From Octopus vulgaris (lineage: Eukaryota): a DNA stretch of 64,000 nt. The stretch spans positions 17,856,001-17,920,000 of the forward strand of contig OX597838.1 in NCBI GenBank assembly GCA_951406725.2, in the 5' to 3' direction. Below the pieces are notes generated by a model. The model was not told the origin of the DNA. It saw only the letters and a program-made list of their open reading frames with translations, and ran no database searches. Shown here in pieces: positions 53,318-64,000 of the stretch. The position numbers were made by a program, and so were the translations under genes. The number at the start of each line of letters is the position of its first letter. Position 1 is the stretch's first letter.

Positions 53318-53990
53318 TATTTGGGAGCATCCTTTGTGAGCCGCTCTCCGACTATCTATCTGCGGCTTTATATAGCTATGGTAAGACTTCACCTGGAATT
53401 TGCATCACCAGTCTGGACCCCTATCTTGCCCAGGATATCAATCGTCTGGAACCCGTTCAGCGACGTGCAACCAAAAGAATACCCTCCATCAGGCATTTGC
53501 CATATTCTGAAAGCCTTACTTCCCTGGGCATAGACACATTGAAACTCCAACGTATGGCAGCTGATTTGGCAGACACCCATAAAATTATCAACCATCTTAC
53601 AAACAAAAACTCTGAGCACCTTTTCAAACTCCACCCGTCTAACACCCGTGGACATGTTTACAAAGTCAGAAAACAGCACAGCTCCCATGACTTTCGGAAA
53701 CATTTTTTCACGCTAAGAGTTGCTGAAGCATGGAACAAACTGCCGGCATCAGTTGTTAGTTGTCGGAGCACTGCATCCTTCAAAACTTCCATGCTTTCTG
53801 AGGTTCGCCAACACTACACCTGATTTTCTCCCCTCCATACACATGCAAGCATGTATCTGACTCATACATTGTTCGCTTTCCAGACATTTGTACATTATTG
53901 CATACACTTTATATGCACTTTCTGACAAGTTGTGGTGCATCTGAGCACTGTATACAATAATTTCATTATTATTATTATTATTATTATTAA
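53318..53990 (+). mobile_element. CR1-group LINE 3' remnant
   Basis: LYIAMVRLHLEFASPVW; TRGHVYKV...FRKHFFTLRVAEAWNKLP; (ATT)n tail. Confidence 0.9.
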
Positions 53991-54156
53991 TTCAAGGAAG
54001 AATTTGATACCGATTCATGTATCCCAACATAAACTGGAGATAATCACCAGATAAACACAAGTCCCCTACCCCCATGACAAAGCTTTGCCTTGCGGAAGAA
54101 AATTAGCATTTCTTTTAGGTAAAAACTTGAAAAGGTGGACAATACTAAATACTTAC

Positions 54157-54222
54157 ATCTCCTTTGTACTTTGGTGGTATTAGGCCACAATATAAAGGAA
54201 CAAATGCACTGCAAATCATTGC
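54157..54222 (-). CDS. PNPLA2: PNPLA2-like exon (66 nt)
   Basis: ttccttgcag|GCA...GAT|gtaagt. AMICSAFVPLYCGLIPPKYKGD matches the CSxFIPxYCGLIPP block. Phase 0-0 fits both neighbours. Confidence 0.95.
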
Positions 54223-55419
54223 CTGCAAGGAAATTAAAAAGAAACGTTGCAAAAGGGAAAATTTTTAAACAGGTTTACTAGAGAAAAATACTCAGGAGGA
54301 ATGGATTTGTAATCAGTGTGTGTGTATGGTAGAAAAATATTTCATGTATGGACATTGATTATTGCAAATTTAACAGAGTTGTTCCATATATGGCCATCAA
54401 TAACCATCCCATATGTGGACAATGATATCTGTAAACATTGATATCCAACAGATAGATAGATGGATAGGCAGAGTGAGAGAGTGTGTGAGTGAAAGAGAGA
54501 GAGTGAAAGAGAGTGAGAGTGAAAGACTGAGAGAGTGAAAGAGAGAGAGAGAGTGAAAGAGAGAGAGTGAAAGACTGAGAGAGTGAAAGAGAGAGAGAGA
54601 GAGTGAGTGAAAGAGAGAGAGAGTGAGTGAAAGGGAGAGAGAGTGAGTGAAAGAGAGAGAATGAAAGACTGAGAGTGAAAGAGAGAGAGAGAGAGAGAGA
54701 GAAAGACTGAGAAAGTGAAAGACTGAGAGAGTGAAAGAGGGAGAGAGAGTGAAAGACTGAGAGAGTGAAAGAGAGAGAGAGAGATGGAAAGACAGACAGA
54801 CAGATGGATGGACAGACGGATGAACAGACAGACAAATAGATAGATGGATGGATAGACAGGCAGACAGACAAACTGATAAATAGATAGATAGATAGATAGA
54901 TAGAAAAATAGAGAGAGAAAAAGAGAGAGAGGCAGACAGACAAACAGACAGACAGACAGATAGATGGATGGATAGACAGACACACAGACAGACAAACTGA
55001 TGGATTCAACCCCTTCCCGTCACTACAATCACCATACCACCAACCACCACCAGCATCATCATAATCACCAATATCGAAGCATCTACGCAGTCACTTGACC
55101 TGCTAAAAATAGCAGCTAAAACCCTTCAGATCACACCCTTGTCTTAAATAAATAAAAGGTCAAACTGCACGATACAGTTATACACGCGTCTATAAAAGCT
55201 GGGATGGCCGCAGTTAGAATGTCTTTGACAATAGATCTACGCAATGAGGGTTAACCTAGAAACGAGTAGCAACAACAATAACAACAACAACAACACTACA
55301 GGCAGTGCAAAGTATGGCAAACAATTACGTTTGTTGCCGTTGATAAACAAGTATGGCGTTGTCACATGACATAATTGCTTTGCCCAAAATTCAGTCAAAT
55401 GATCAGGCTGATAAAAATA

Positions 55420-55442
55420 TTGTTGCTGCTGTTGTTATTGCT

Positions 55443-55479
<37 letters not shown>

Positions 55480-55659
55480 CGGTGGTGGTGGCGGTGGTGG
55501 TGGTGGTGGTGGTAGTGGTGGTGGTGGTGGTGGTAGTGGTGGTAGTAGTGGTGGTGGTGGTGGTGGTGGTGGTGTTGTTGTTGGTGGTGGTGGTAATAGT
55601 AGTAGTAGTAGTGGTGGTGGTGCTGGTGGTTGTGATGGTAATAGTAGTAGTAGTAGTAA

Positions 55660-55701
<42 letters not shown>

Positions 55702-55757
55702 CAGCAGCAGCAGCAATTGGTGTTGTAGTAGTAGTTTTTGTTGTTGTTGTTGTTGTC
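55420..55757. repeat. (GTA/GTG)n trinucleotide tract
   Basis: Direct reading; a similar (ACT)n tract lies at 32833-32966. Confidence 0.95.
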
Positions 55758-55869
55758 CTCAATGATATGATGGAAGAGTGGGGGGTGGGGGCGAGAAGTT
55801 GAGAACCAGTCAACAATAAACACCTCTTTTAGTTAAGAGCGTGGCGGTGGTGACTCTACATTGATCTAT

Positions 55870-55946
<77 letters not shown>

Positions 55947-56012
55947 CACACACACACTCACACACACACACGCTCACACACACACACTCACACACACTCA
56001 CACACACACACA

Positions 56013-56226
56013 TAGGGTGCTGAAAAGTTCCTGGCTTTAAGGTTACCATGAAAGGTCTGGTTGGAGACCCAGCCTTCCAAGTTCTTTTACAGGGCTTAGA
56101 AAAGCTGAAGGACCACTGCAACAAGTGTGTGAATCTGGGAGGGAAATATGTTGAATAAAATCATAATTAACTGACCCTCCTGTATTTTCTCTTACCCAAA
56201 ACTAGGAACTTTCAGCACCCCTCGTA
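56013..56226 (+). mobile_element. Mariner-derived MITE
   Basis: TIRs GGGTGCTGAAAAGTTCCTGG / CTAGGAACTTTCAGCACCC; retains the transposase tail LEKLKDHCNKCVNLGGKYVE*. Confidence 0.8.
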
Positions 56227-57152
56227 TAAATATATATTTCTTTATTGCCCACAAGGGGCTAAACATAGAGGGGACAAACAAGGACAGACAAACGGATTAA
56301 GTCGATTACATCGACCCCAGTGCGAAACTGGTACTTTATTTATCGACCCTGAAAGGATGAAAGGCAAAGTCGACCTTGGGGGAATTTGAACTCAGAACGT
56401 AACGACAGACAAAATACGGCTATGCATTTCGCCCGGCATGCTAACGTTTCTGCCAGCTCACCGCCTTACATATATACACAACATGTGTGTGTGTGTGACT
56501 ATGCAGATATATGGAGTTTCATATAAGTATGGTTGCTTCATCCATGTTACAAATATTAGAAAGTTATTCTTATTTACCCACCTTAGAAGCTGTATGGCAT
56601 TTGGGTGGTATCTTAGGGCTTTAATAACATGCAGAAAACACAACACTCAACAAAACACTCAAGATAGCTACTGGATTCAGTTTTTCCCCAAAAAAACGTA
56701 TGAAAAGTCTTCCTTGCATCTAATATGCACATACCACCAATGGGAGATTGAGCAGAGCTTAAAAATAATCATGGTTTTGAAAAATTTTGTTTATATTTCC
56801 AAATATCTTACATACTCCGTGTGTATATATATGTGCATGTGTGTGTGTGTGTTTGTGTGTAACACACACATATAAGTATGTATGTATGTATATACTTATC
56901 TGATCGTGGCCGTTGCCACCCTCGCCTGGCCTCCGTGCTGGTGGCATGTAAAAAGCACCCACTACACTCATGGAGTGGTTGGCGTTAGGAAGGGCATCCA
57001 GCCGTAGAAACATTGCCAGATCAGACTGGGCCTGGTGCAACCTTCTGGCTTCCCAGACCCCAGTTGAACCGTCCAACCCATGCCAGCATGGAAAGCGGAC
57101 GCCAAACGATGATGATGATGACTAGATATAGTTATCTATACTATAATAATAA

Positions 57153-57183
<31 letters not shown>

Positions 57184-58046
57184 AATAAGAAGAAGAAGAA
57201 GAAGAAGAACAACAACAACAACAATAATTATGAGAGAGAGAGAGAGATTGCTACAAAAGACGTCAAAAAAAATTGTGGACGATATTTATGATTGCGCGAC
57301 TGTGCGGTGATTTCTGTGAAGAATTATTTGTTTCACAAAGAACCAGGACCTCAAATTCCAAACTGCGAATAAGCAGGGGCACTCTGTATATATTTTATTT
57401 TATTATATTATGTTTCTTCCTTCTTGAGCCATGCCTGGCTCATAAGGGCCGGTTTCCATGGCATACAAGTTCCCCAGGAGGAAAGAGTGAGAGAGAAAGT
57501 TGTGGCGAAAGAGTCAGCAGAAGTTCGCTATTACCTTCTGCTGGAGCCGCGTGGAGCTTAGGTGTTTTCGCTCATAAACACACACATTGCCCGGTCTGAG
57601 ATTTGAACCCGCGATCCCTCGACCGTGAGTCCACTGCTCTAACCACTAGGCCATGTGCCTCCGCATGTTATATTATATTTATATGTTATTTTAACCAAAA
57701 CATAATAGTGGATTTTGACAAGATCTTGCAGCCAAACCCGAGAAAGATGTTTCCGTTGTACAAACTAATGTCTGTGGGAAAAGATTTTCTGTCCACTGGC
57801 AGTGTTTTTGTTTTTCGTACACTGGACTTGCAATGGTCATTGAATTATTGACACTTAAAGCTCTGAATGTAAAATTTCAAACCTCTATCGTTTACTAAAA
57901 GGTACAGCTGAACCAAGGGTAAATAGTTTTGTTATATTGCAAGATATAATAACAAAATATATAATGAAATACCAATTCTGTTATTGAGATTAAAATATAA
58001 ATATTTAAACATAAAAAAAAAAAATGAAATGAAATACAATAATTAC

Positions 58047-58282
58047 ATCAATTAGTTCTTGATTTGAAGCATATTCTGAAATAACCACATTTTTCCAATC
58101 TCTCCATCGTGTCAGAGAGATATAAAGACGTCCACTAGTTCTTTTGTGGGCATCAGCTGGTAAAACTTCAGCAAGGGCTTTCCTGAGGGAGTCGATAATG
58201 TTGAAGCGAGGATGTAGGGGTCCAAGGAGTGGTAGTGTATTTGCTTCATTGGCTAGGTTGAGTGTGTAGCTGGTACATTTAC
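58047..58282 (-). CDS. PNPLA2: Patatin-like phospholipase (ATGL/brummer type), first exon seen in window (probably coding exon 2)
   Basis: ttgaacag|GT AAA...ATT GAT|gtaatt, 236 nt. Translates KCTSYTLNLANEANTLPLLGPLHPRFNIIDSLRKALAEVLPADAHKRTSGRLYISLTRWRDWKNVVISEYASNQELID, matching the LGPLHPxFN...LPxDAH...SGRLxISLTR block of PNPLA2/3. Confidence 0.93.
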
Positions 58283-58309
58283 CTGTTCAAATAGTAAACA
58301 ACAGAATTA

Positions 58310-58990
58310 ATTAGGAGCGTTTGATAAATAGAGAATACCAAATGAGTTCCCTATGGATACCGTATTTATTACAACGAGTGGCTTGTAAACGTATCTAACT
58401 CGCTTTCGCACATTAGATACGTTTACAAGTCATGAGTTGTAATAAATACGGTATCCATAGGGAATGAGTTTGGTATTTTATTTATTACACACGAATAAAC
58501 GACCATATTTTATTAACCCAATAACTAAATTCTTCACATCGTGTGGAAGCGCGCATGAATACAGCTTGATTTCACGTCAGTGACGTCACAATGTGTAACT
58601 GTAAAAGATGTGATGCTGCAGGAAGATAGTCCGACTTTATAGCGCTAAGTTTTCAGGTGAAATGACTGATAACTGATGACTGTTTAACATTTTGTTAACA
58701 AAATTGAATTACCACCAGAAATGTTTATATTTTATGTGTATATGACTTTAAGTGATATCTGGTATAAAAAAGATAGTATGTTTGTTTAATTACATGGCTA
58801 CATTCTACCTGCTCGTGAAAGTAATGAATGAAGTTTAGTTGTAACTTATGAATGACAAAAGTAGTGCTGTCACCGTGACCTCGGGTCATCACCATGGATT
58901 GACCAATCAGAAGCAGCGCTCGCAGTATCTGATATATGTTAGATACCAAAAATATCTCAAAGTGTTCTCACTCACATGTGTGTAATAATA
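58310..58990. mobile_element. Palindromic non-autonomous element (Crypton-like or unclassified MITE)
   Basis: About 75-bp-arm hairpin at 58324-58485, TGACGTCA motif, terminal similarity TTATTACACAC / GTGTGTAATAA. Confidence 0.45.
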
Positions 58991-59033
58991 AGAGGTTATG
59001 ATAATAATTGGATAGGTAACAGGATAAAAATTA

Positions 59034-60165
59034 CACTGGTTTACAAAAATTTTGTTTTGCTATGAGGCAAGGATGTGAAAAAGTGTTTTTGACTAATTTT
59101 GATGTGGTGAATGCAATTTTCTGAGCAGTTTTGCTTTAACATATCCCATTTTAATTATGCTGCATATAAATTAAAAATATGTGTTTATTTCATCTGTTAC
59201 AAAGGCATATTACAGGGGAAAAAAACAGCATAGATATAGAACATTGATGGAACTAAATTGCTTGAATAATGTAAAACACACAAATCATAGTACAGCAGAC
59301 GAATAGGAGTGAGTTAGCTGTGATACCAGTGCCGGTGGCACGTAAGAGAACCATCCAAACGTGGCCGTTGCCAGCGCCACCCCAACTGGCCTCCATGCTG
59401 GTGGCATGTAAAAAGCACCATCCAATTGTGGCCGTTACCAGCCTCGTCTGGCCCCCGTGCCGGTGGCACGTAAAAAGCACCATCTGATCGTGGCTGTTTG
59501 CCAGCCTCGTCTGGCACCTGTGCAGGTGGCATGTAAAAGCACTCACTACACTCATGGAGTGGTTGGCGTTAGGAAGGGCATCCAGCTGTAGAAACACTGC
59601 CAGATCAGACTGGGCCTGGCGCAGCCTGCTGGCTTCCCAGACCCCAGTTGAACCGTCCAACCCATGCTAGCATGGAAAGCGGACGCTAAACGATGATGAT
59701 GATGATGATGTGTATTTTACCGCTGGTATGTCATGCAAAAGCATCCAGTAAAAGTCCCCCATCATGCTGGGGTTCCATTTGTCTTGGTAGTTTCCCTCCA
59801 TCTTAGTAATATTTTGGAGGAATCTTTCTCCATGCTCGTCACTCACTGCTCTGAGCTTTGGAAGGAAGAAGTTGAGGGAAGAGTGGAGAAGGTAAATTTT
59901 GAGTGACATTTGGCATCCCATATCCTCTCGATACATTCTTGATAATCTAGTACCCGTGAGTTACCAAGGAAGCCATGGAAGACTGACTTAAATGTTTCCA
60001 GTGCCCTCAGTTCCTTTTAGGTAAGAAGCTTCTCAAAGTCCTAATCCTTCAGTACCTCTTGGATCTGAGGTCCAACGAAGACGCCCTCCTTGAGCTTAGC
60101 AGAACTCAGAGATGGGAACAGAGTGCATGAGTGTTGGAAGGCAGCTCCATTTTTGCCCTTGGCCT
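59034..60165 (-). mobile_element. Chapaev (CMC)-like DNA transposon remnant, interrupted by an RTE-type insert
   Basis: KLKEGVFVGPQI...MSLKIYLLHSSLNFF...AVSDEHGERFLQNITKME..YQDKW..MMGDFYW; terminus tta|CACTG at 59034. Confidence 0.75.
59325..59710 (+). mobile_element. RTE-derived bipartite non-autonomous element with about 63-bp internal repeats and (GAT)n tail
   Basis: GTTGGCGTTAGGAAGGGCATCCAGC block. Related copies at 56900-57120, 60680-61230 and 63045-63235 (-). Confidence 0.75.
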
Positions 60166-61937
60166 TCACAGCTGTAGAAAACCATGCCAAATCAGACTGG
60201 AGTCTGGTGCAGCCTTCCTGCTTGCCAGCCCTGGTCAAACCATCTAACCCAAGTCAGCATGGACAACGGACGTTAAATGATGATGATGATTGTGTGTGTA
60301 TGTATCTTTTATTTGTTGCAGTCGTTAGACTGTGGCCATGCTGGGGCACTGCCTTCAAGAAGTTTTCAAACGAATCGACCCGGTACTTAGTTTTTTATAA
60401 GTCTGGTATTTATTCTATCGAACTCCTTTGCCAAACCACTAAGTTACAGGAATGTAACCATACCAACAACAGTAGTCAAGTGATGGTGGAGTACACACAC
60501 ACATATACGTACGATGGGCTTCTTTTAGTTTCCATTACAATATCTCAAAAAACTTTGGTTGGCCCAAGGCTATAGCAGAAGACACTTGCCCAAAGTGCCA
60601 GGCTATGGGACTGAACACAGAACCATGTGGTTGGGAAGCAAGCTTGTTACTACACAGACATGCTTGTGCCTCCAGCAAGCCAAGTGAGACCATAACCCGT
60701 GGCCTATGCCAAGGGTGTAACCAGCCCACTTATGCGTACCTTTCCTTCACTGGACACTAAATTCTGCTGGCGAAGACCTGTTGAGGCAAGTGAAATCAAA
60801 ATCGAAATCAAATTCGACGACTGGCATCCGTGCTAGTGGAGCGCTAAGAGTACCATCCGAGTGTGATTGTTGCCAGAGCAGCAGACTGGCTTCCATGCTG
60901 GTGGCACATAAAGAGCACCATTCATGATCGTTACCAGCGTCGCCTTACTGGCACTTGTGCCGGTGGCACATGAAAAAGCATTTAAGCGAGGTCATTACCA
61001 GTTCCGCTGGACTGGCTCCTGTGCAGGTGGCATGTAAAAACACCATTTAAGCATGGCAATTGCCAGTGCCACCTGATTGGCCCTCGTGCCAGTGGCACAT
61101 AAAAGCACCCACTACACTCTTGAAGTGGTTGGCATTAGGAAGGGCATCCAGCTGTAGAAACTCTTCCAGATCAGATTGGAGCCTGGTGCAGCCATCTTGT
61201 TCGCCAGTCCTCAATCAAATTGTCCAATCCATGTATGTATATATATATGTACATATATATATATATATATATACTTATGTGTGTGTGTGTGTGTCTTTGT
61301 TTGTCTCCTACCACCTCTTGACAAGCTGTGCTGGCATGTTTACATCCCTGTGACTTAACAGTTCAGCAAAAGAGACCGACAGAATAAGTACCAAGCTTAA
61401 AAAGTACCGGGGGTCAGTCAGTTCAACTAAAATTCCTCAAGGTAGTGCCACAGCATGGCCACAGCTTGATAACTGAAACATGTAAAAAAAAAAATGAATG
61501 ATCAAAGATAAACACAATTCATATAAAAAAAAAAACAATAGTAAATTTCTATGGAAATGATAAAAACACTTCAAAAGAGAAAACAAAGAGTTTAGATAGA
61601 GAAGGAAAACAAGGAGGGAATAGAATTAGAATTCAAATGAGATGGAAGAGTTCAGAGTTCAAACAGCCACAATGCAACTGACCTACAGAGACAAAGATCA
61701 AAAGCAAAAAATAAAGGAATTTACTCCCACACGAAAGTACAAAAGAGAAAAAGAACTGTAAAACAATTAACATCAGTGGCTGTGCGGTAAGTAGCTTGTT
61801 TACCAACCACATGGTTCCGGGTTCAGTCTCACTGCGTGGCACCTTGGGCAAGTGTCTTCTACTATAGCCTCGGGCCGACCAAAGCCTTGTGAGTGGATTT
61901 GGTAGAAGGAAACTGAAAGAAGCCCGTCGTATATATG

Positions 61938-61970
<33 letters not shown>

Positions 61971-62559
61971 TTGTGTGTCTGTGTTTGTCACCCAAGCATT
62001 GCTTGACAACCGATGCTGGTGTGTTTATGTCCCCGTTACTTAGCGGTTCGGCAAAAGAGCCCGATAGAATAAGTACTGGGCTTACAAAAGAATAAGTCCC
62101 GGGGTCGAGTTGCTCGATTAAAGGGGGTGCTCCAGCATGGCCGCAGTCAAATGACTGAAACAAGTAAAAGAGTATATGTTGGTTTTGAAATTTTGACACG
62201 AGGCCAGCAATTTCTGAGAAGGGGGTTAAGTTGTTTAAATTGATCCCCCTGGAACCATGCTGAAAGGATGAAAGCAAAGTCGACCTCTGCATAATTTTTG
62301 AAGTCAGAATGTAAAAATGGACGAAATGCTGCTATGCATTTTGACTGGAATGTTAACGATTCTGCTAGCTTGTTGTCTTGTTGTCTGAGTTCAAATTCTG
62401 CTGAGGTCGACTTTACCTTTCATCCTTTCGGGGTCGAGAAATTAAGTACCAGTTGCGTACTGGGGTTGATCTAATCGACTGGCTCCCTTCCTAAAATTTT
62501 CGGGCCTTGTGCCTAGAGTTGGAAAGAATATGGTTTTGTTTGATATGCAGAAAATAAGT

Positions 62560-63440
62560 AGGTAGGAATTCCATATTTTGTATCCTGTGTCAGGTATGGA
62601 TGCATACGAGGTATAGTTGAATCACAGACAAGCAAAGAAAGGTTTTGGTTTGGCAAACGTATTTGGTAATATTTCTAAGAGCATGCCTGAAATAGATTCT
62701 CCTTGGATCAGCTGATAGTTTCTATTACATAAAGGAAATAATTAGCTGGAGGTAGCTGGTTTGAAAGTATAATAAACAAAGTAAGAACTGGTTGGAAGAA
62801 GTTCAAAGAGTTATTACTTCAGCTGCCAAAAAAAAAAAAAGCTTTCTCCTTCAGAGGCACAGGAGTGGCTGTGTGGTAAGTAGCTTGCTTACCAACCACA
62901 TGGTTCCGGGTTCAGTCCCACTGCGTGGCACCTTGAGCAAGTGTCTTCTCCTATAACCTCAGGCCGACCAAAGCCTTGTGAGTGGATCTGGTAGATGGAG
63001 ACTGATAGAAGCCTGTCGTATATATGTATATACATATATATATCATCATCATCATCGTTTAACGTCCGTTCTCCATGCTAGCATGGGTTAGACGGTTTGA
63101 CCGGGGATCTGGGAAGTCAGAAGGCTGCACCCGGCTCCAGTCTTATCTGGCAATGTTTCTACAGCTGGATGTCCTTCCTAACGCCAACCACTCCATGAGT
63201 GTAGTGGATGCTTTTTACGTGCCACCTACACGTAAAAATATATACTCTTTACTCTCTTTTACTTGTTTCAGTCATTTGACTGCGGCCATGCTGGAGCACC
63301 GCCTTTAGTCGAGCAAATCGACCCCGGGACTTATTCTTTGTAAGCCCAGTACTTATTCTATCGGTCTCTTTTGCCGAACCGCTAAGTGACGGGGATGTAA
63401 ACACACCAGCATCGGTTGTCAAGCGATGTTGGGAGGACAA

Positions 63441-63471
<31 letters not shown>

Positions 63472-63640
63472 CATATATACGACAGGCTTCTTTCAGTTTC
63501 CGTCTACCAAATCCACTCACAAGGCATTGGTCGGCCCGGGGCTATAGCAGAAGACACTTGCCCAAGGTGCCACGCAGTGGGACTGAACCCAGAACCATGT
63601 GATTGGTTAGCAAGCTACTTACCACACAACCACTCCTGCG

Positions 63641-63681
<41 letters not shown>

Positions 63682-64000
63682 TGTGTGTGTGTGTGTGTTT
63701 ATGTGTCTGTGTTTGTCCCTCCAACATCACTTGACAACCGATGGTGGTGTGTTTACGTCCCCGTAACTTAGCGGTTCGGCAAAAGAAACCGATAGAATAA
63801 GTACTAGGCTTACAAAGAATAAGTCCTGGAGGTCGATTTGCTCGACTAAAGGCGGTGCTCCAGCATGGCCACAGTCAAATGACTGAAACAATTAAAAGAG
63901 TAAATAAAGATAGTGAAAGGCAGATTATATGATTCGTGCATTCAAACTGCAATATGGTGCACAATAAAAGACATGGACTTTGGATGCAGAAGACCTGTAA
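62560..64000 (+). mobile_element. Decayed RTE LINE fragment hosting nested SINEs (62855-63905)
   Basis: ..VRTGWKKFKELL.. before the SINE block and VKGRLYDSCIQTAI.. after it; same region as 46335-46922. Confidence 0.7.

Noticed and set aside
58283-64000. First coding exon of PNPLA2 (GCGFLG / GXSXG motifs)
   Set aside because: Not found by eye; it is probably outside the window.

Overview
Repeat-saturated eukaryotic DNA, almost certainly coleoid cephalopod (Octopus-type tRNA-derived SINEs, dense TA/CA/ATT microsatellites). Nearly all entries in the ORF track are microsatellite or SINE artefacts. One gene is well supported: a patatin-like phospholipase of the PNPLA2/ATGL/brummer type on the minus strand. 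Its seven phase-compatible GT-AG exons span 58282->39100 (about 655 aa in the window); I did not find the first coding exon (GXSXG), which probably lies beyond 64000. A second minus-strand gene starts near the left edge with a signal-peptide exon (2443->2321). A few orphan exon-like islands lie at 18.4, 21.5 and 35.5 kb. Mobile DNA includes three or four SINE families, RTE, CR1/L2-type and R4/Dong LINE remnants, mariner/maT, Chapaev, pogo-like and TTAA MITEs and non-autonomous Helitrons. The most interesting signal is a set of short elements inserted in (TA)n that carry minimal type-I hammerhead ribozyme motifs with palindromic stem III (6432-6466, 11063-11102, 11196-11237, 46192-46227, plus decayed or truncated copies), including a U3-A8 compensated core and an A6U variant. 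Other notable structures: SINE multimers with one recurring junction, tandem H-type pseudoknot arrays, and long fold-backs next to PNPLA2 exons. Folds and alignments were read by eye; repeat boundaries are approximate.
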